From the NCBI GenBank assembly GCA_964517625.1, contig CAZFBW010000001.1, forward strand, positions 40,319 through 104,318: a DNA stretch of 64,000 bases, given 5' to 3'. Position numbers and translations under genes: made by a program. The number at the start of each line of letters is the position of its first letter. The first letter of the stretch is position 1. The notes under the pieces were generated by a model that saw only the letters and a list, made by a program, of their open reading frames with translations, ran no database searches and was not told the DNA's origin. The DNA comes from an uncultured Candidatus Saccharibacteria bacterium (GTDB taxonomy: Bacteria > Patescibacteriota > Minisyncoccia > Phycocordibacterales > UBA5272). Positions 60,190-64,000 of the stretch are shown here, piece after piece.

Positions 60190-62889
60190 ATGCCTCCAGC
60201 ATTTAATAATTTCACCACCAAAGCCAAAGAAGTAATCCGTCGCGCACACGAACTCGCAATTGAACGCGGACAAAATCAGGTAAGCCCGCTTCATCTTTTG
60301 GGCGCGCTTTTGACGCAAGAAGATTCAATCGTTTTAGCACTTTTGGAAAAACTTGATATTGATATCACACACCTTACTGACACAGTTGCGGATGCAATTG
60401 AAATTCCTGGTGCGACTTCCACCATGGCACCGTCATATCAGATGTATTTGACGCCAGAGCTTGCACAAGTTTTGGAACATTCACTTGTTGTTGCAAAACA
60501 GTTGAATGAAGAATTTGTTTCAACAGAGCACCTCTTTTTGTCACTCATTGAAACCTCTGGTCCTGCACGCGAAGTGCTCGCGCGATTTAGAATTGACAAA
60601 GGTGAAGCAATTCACGTCTTGGAAGAATTGCGTGCAAATAATATTACAGAGTCGCAGGGTCCAAAGAAAAACAAAGCGCTCGTTAAATATACACGCAACT
60701 TTACTGACCTTGCTCGGGCTGATAAGTTAGATCCAGTAATTGGTCGCGACACAGAAATCATGCGCCTCATGCAAATTCTTTCTCGTCGCACAAAAAACAA
60801 TCCGATTTTAATTGGAGAAGCAGGAACCGGTAAAACAGCAGTAGTAGAAGGACTCGCAATTCGTATGGCAAAGGGAGATGTGCCAGAGAGTTTGAAAGGA
60901 AAGGAACTCGTGTCGCTTGATCTTGGCATGCTCATTGCCGGAACGAAATTCCGTGGAGAATTTGAAGAGAGACTTAAAGCAATCATGAAGGAAATTGAAC
61001 GTTCCGAAGGCGGTATCATTCTTTTCATTGATGAAATTCACACCATTGTTGGTGCAGGACAAGCAGAAGGCTCAGCTGATGCGGCAAATCTACTCAAGCC
61101 TGCACTTTCACGCGGAGAACTTCGCGCAATCGGCGCAACAACCATTAAGGAATATCAGAAACACATTGAAAAAGACCCAGCACTTGCTCGTCGTTTCCAA
61201 CCAGTACTCATTGAAGAGCCATCTGAAGAAGACGCGCTTGCAATTATGCGTGGACTTAAGGAAAAATACGAACTCTTCCACGGTGTGCGCATCACCGATG
61301 ATGCACTCGTTGCGTCCGTGCACCTCTCAACACGTTACATTACGTCACGTTACTTGCCGGATAAGGCAATTGACTTGATGGATGAAGCGGCGTCGTCACT
61401 TCGCATCTCACTTGAAAACAAGCCACCGGTCTTGGATGAAGCGCATCGTAAGATTATGCGTCTTGAAATTGAGAAAGAAGCAGTCAGTAAAGATTTGATT
61501 GCAAATGAAGATACAGGAGAAGTTGCGTCTGCGAAAAAGCGTATTAAAGCAATTGAAGAAGAGATTGCAAACGTGAAAGAACGTACGCATGAACTTGAAC
61601 TCAAGTGGGAAAATGAAAAGAAAATCTTAAGTGACATCGGTGAAATTAAAAAGTCGCTCGAATCACTTCGTACCGAAGCAGACAATGCTGAACTTCGCGC
61701 TGATTTGACCAAAGTTGCAGAAATTCGTTATGGTCAAATTCCAGAACTCACCAAGCAGTTAAATGAACGCCTTGAAAAGTTGCGTAAGATTCAAAAATCT
61801 CGTCGCATTTTACGTGAAGAAATTACCGAAGAAGATATCGCTTCCGTGGTTTCTCGCTGGACCGGTATTCCTGTAATGAGAATGCTTGAAGAAGAACAGG
61901 ACAAATTAACGCGTATGGAAGAAGAACTCGGTAAACGCGTGATTGGTCAGCGACAAGCAATTGAGAAAGTCTCCGATGCTGTTCGTCGTTCTCGTGCTGG
62001 TATTAATGATCCAAGTCGACCGATTGGTTCTTTTATGTTTCTTGGTCCAACAGGTGTTGGTAAGACAGAACTCACTAAAGCACTTGCCGAGTTTATGTTT
62101 AATGACGATAAGGCGCTCATTAAAGTTGATATGAGTGAATACATGGAGAAGCATAGTATCTCTAAACTTATTGGTTCACCCCCAGGATATGTTGGCTATG
62201 ATGAATCCGGGCAGTTGTCAGAAGCGGTACGTCATCGACCGTATGCGGTGATTTTGTTCGACGAGGTTGAAAAAGCGCATCCCGAAGTATTTAACTTGCT
62301 TCTCCAGGTGCTTGATGAAGGACGTTTAACTGACAGTAAGGGGCGCGTTGTTAACTTCAAGAATACGATTATCATTATGACGTCAAACATTGGTAGTCAG
62401 TACATTCAGAAGATGGAACAAATCGGTTTTGGTAATAATGAAACTGATAGTGAGTACATGCAAGTGAAAGAACGTGTCATGGAAGCGCTCAAAGATTTCT
62501 TTAAGCCAGAATTTTTGAATCGTTTGGACGATACGATTATCTTCGACGTGCTCTCAAAGAGTGAAATCAAACACATCGTTTCACTTCAAATTGAAATTCT
62601 TGCAAAGCGTCTTTTGGAAAAAGAAATCACGCTTAAGGTGACTGATGATGTGCTCGCACTTGTTGCAGACAAGTCATTTGATCCACACTATGGCGCTCGT
62701 CCAATTAAGCGCTATGTACAAACAACAATCTTAAACAAAATTGCAACGCTTATGCTTGCAAAGAAGTTCGTAAAAGGTGGTATTGCAGAAGTTTCGGTGA
62801 ACAAGAAAGGGGAGATTGAAGTGGTTGCAAAGCGCCCAGAAAAAATCCCAAGCCTGCTCACTAAACGGGAAGTTGTAGCGAAGAAATAA
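60190..62889 (+). CDS. clpB: ATP-dependent chaperone ClpB
   Basis: Two AAA+ modules ([16 protein letters not shown]) and a long coiled-coil middle domain. Confidence 0.92.
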   Translation: MPPAFNNFTTKAKEVIRRAHELAIERGQNQVSPLHLLGALLTQEDSIVLALLEKLDIDITHLTDTVADAIEIPGATSTMAPSYQMYLTPELAQVLEHSLVVAKQLNEEFVSTEHLFLSLIETSGPAREVLARFRIDKGEAIHVLEELRANNITESQGPKKNKALVKYTRNFTDLARADKLDPVIGRDTEIMRLMQILSRRTKNNPILIGEAGTGKTAVVEGLAIRMAKGDVPESLKGKELVSLDLGMLIAGTKFRGEFEERLKAIMKEIERSEGGIILFIDEIHTIVGAGQAEGSADAANLLKPALSRGELRAIGATTIKEYQKHIEKDPALARRFQPVLIEEPSEEDALAIMRGLKEKYELFHGVRITDDALVASVHLSTRYITSRYLPDKAIDLMDEAASSLRISLENKPPVLDEAHRKIMRLEIEKEAVSKDLIANEDTGEVASAKKRIKAIEEEIANVKERTHELELKWENEKKILSDIGEIKKSLESLRTEADNAELRADLTKVAEIRYGQIPELTKQLNERLEKLRKIQKSRRILREEITEEDIASVVSRWTGIPVMRMLEEEQDKLTRMEEELGKRVIGQRQAIEKVSDAVRRSRAGINDPSRPIGSFMFLGPTGVGKTELTKALAEFMFNDDKALIKVDMSEYMEKHSISKLIGSPPGYVGYDESGQLSEAVRHRPYAVILFDEVEKAHPEVFNLLLQVLDEGRLTDSKGRVVNFKNTIIIMTSNIGSQYIQKMEQIGFGNNETDSEYMQVKERVMEALKDFFKPEFLNRLDDTIIFDVLSKSEIKHIVSLQIEILAKRLLEKEITLKVTDDVLALVADKSFDPHYGARPIKRYVQTTILNKIATLMLAKKFVKGGIAEVSVNKKGEIEVVAKRPEKIPSLLTKREVVAKK

Positions 62890-62975
62890 TGAAAAAGAAT
62901 TAGAACAAAAGTGGTGCCTACGGCGCCACTTTTGTATTCACAAACAAGTAATTTTATGGTAAGATACCGTAATTC

Positions 62976-63062
62976 GCGTCGGTGGTGGAGTGGTCAATCA
63001 CAACAGACTGTAAATCTGTCGCCCTTAGGGCTTCGAAGGTTCAAATCCTTCCCGGCGCACCA
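62976..63062 (+). tRNA. tRNA-Tyr(GTA)
   Basis: ACAGA-CTGTAAA-TCTGT, variable arm, encoded CCA. Confidence 0.93.
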
Positions 63063-63197
63063 AGAAAAATACCCATCAGGGTATTTTTTAATGCCGGGAA
63101 GGATTTGAACCGAAGGCGACATATTTTCTTAACCTGTAATCAGGTTGTAGAAAATACAAGTCTCGAGCGTAGCAACGCGAGAGGCAAATCTTTCCCC
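63063..63197 (+). repeat. tRNA-Tyr 3' module
   Basis: Perfect inverted copy 63093-63111; core near-identical to the Leu module; degenerate direct copy from 63185. Confidence 0.88.
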
Positions 63198-63249
63198 CAC
63201 AAACTTTTCTCTTTTTTGGTATACTAAATTTACTTGTAAAGCACAGGTT

Positions 63250-64000
63250 ATGGCCCACGTAGAAACTTCTATTTATTGGATTGAGACTGACAAAATTGTT
63301 CCGAATCCGTTTCAACCACGGCGCGAATTTGACGAGCAACGACTTCGCGAATTAGCCGAGAGTATTCGCCAGTACGGCGTGCTTCAACCACTCGTCGTTT
63401 CTCGTGTTGAAAAAGAACTTCCCGATGGTGGTATTAGGGTTGAATATGAATTGATTGCGGGTGAGCGCAGACTCCGTGCGTCAAAACTTGCAGGCGTTCT
63501 TTCTGTGCCGGTTGTTGTGCGTACAGGGGACGATAGTCGCACTAAACTTGAACTGGCTATTATTGAAAACCTCCAACGAGAAAACTTAAACCCAGTTGAA
63601 CGTGCACGTTCATTTCAGCGCTTGGCGGATGAATTTAAATTAAGTTGGGCAGAAGTGGGAAGAAAAATGGGAAAGTCGCGCGAATATGTTTCTAATACCG
63701 TTCGCATCCTTATGCTTCCGCAGGATATTTTGGACGCTCTTTCTCGTGGAGAAATAAGCGAAGGCCACACACGCCCGCTTCTTATGCTCATTGATAAGCC
63801 TGCTGAGCAAATGACACTGTTTAAGGAAATGATGGTGCGCAAGATGACAGTGCGCGAAGCAGAACAAATTGCGCGCAGAATCGCGTTTGAAAAAGTTCGT
63901 AAAAAGGATCATTTTATGACACCGGAAGTGGTGGAAATGGAAGAAAAAATTGCAGAAACACTCGGTACGCGTGTGCAGATTGAACCACGCGAACGAGGGG
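63250..64000 (+). CDS. parB: Chromosome partitioning protein ParB, 3'-truncated
   Basis: NPFQPRREF, GVLQP, IAGERRLRA, IENLQRENL. Confidence 0.93.
   Translation, partial: MAHVETSIYWIETDKIVPNPFQPRREFDEQRLRELAESIRQYGVLQPLVVSRVEKELPDGGIRVEYELIAGERRLRASKLAGVLSVPVVVRTGDDSRTKLELAIIENLQRENLNPVERARSFQRLADEFKLSWAEVGRKMGKSREYVSNTVRILMLPQDILDALSRGEISEGHTRPLLMLIDKPAEQMTLFKEMMVRKMTVREAEQIARRIAFEKVRKKDHFMTPEVVEMEEKIAETLGTRVQIEPRERG

Noticed and set aside
3311-63197. CRISPR array or prophage att sites as an explanation for the tRNA repeats
   Set aside because: Only two direct copies per locus, each derived from its tRNA; no cas, integrase or phage genes; intervals are 200 bp or less.

Overview
This is a chromosomal segment of a small-genome bacterium, most likely Patescibacteria/CPR (Parcubacteria-like). 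The inference rests on compact valS, infB and rpoB, many ORFans, and mostly leaderless-looking genes. Housekeeping genes include lepA, valS, glmS, secA, murF, murB, rpoB, rpoC, dnaG, rpoD, obgE, gatB, miaA, rbfA, infB, iscS, a superoxide dismutase, clpB and parB. There are 8 tRNA genes and many single-gene accessory cassettes. Main unexplained signals: (1) a recurring 130-200 bp module at tRNA 3' ends, made of a hairpin, an inverted copy of that tRNA's own 3' end, a structured core and a direct copy starting in the T-loop, with a core showing compensatory changes shared by the Arg, Leu and Tyr loci; (2) a well-formed tRNA-Ser with an ACT anticodon next to tRNA-Ser(GCT); (3) a SET-domain methyltransferase next to an unannotated 23-aa histone-H1-like peptide, plus Lys-rich tails on RpoD and other proteins; (4) two promoter-to-terminator structured transcripts with no normal gene, one carrying two related SD-led micropeptides. 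All calls are by eye; no searches were run.
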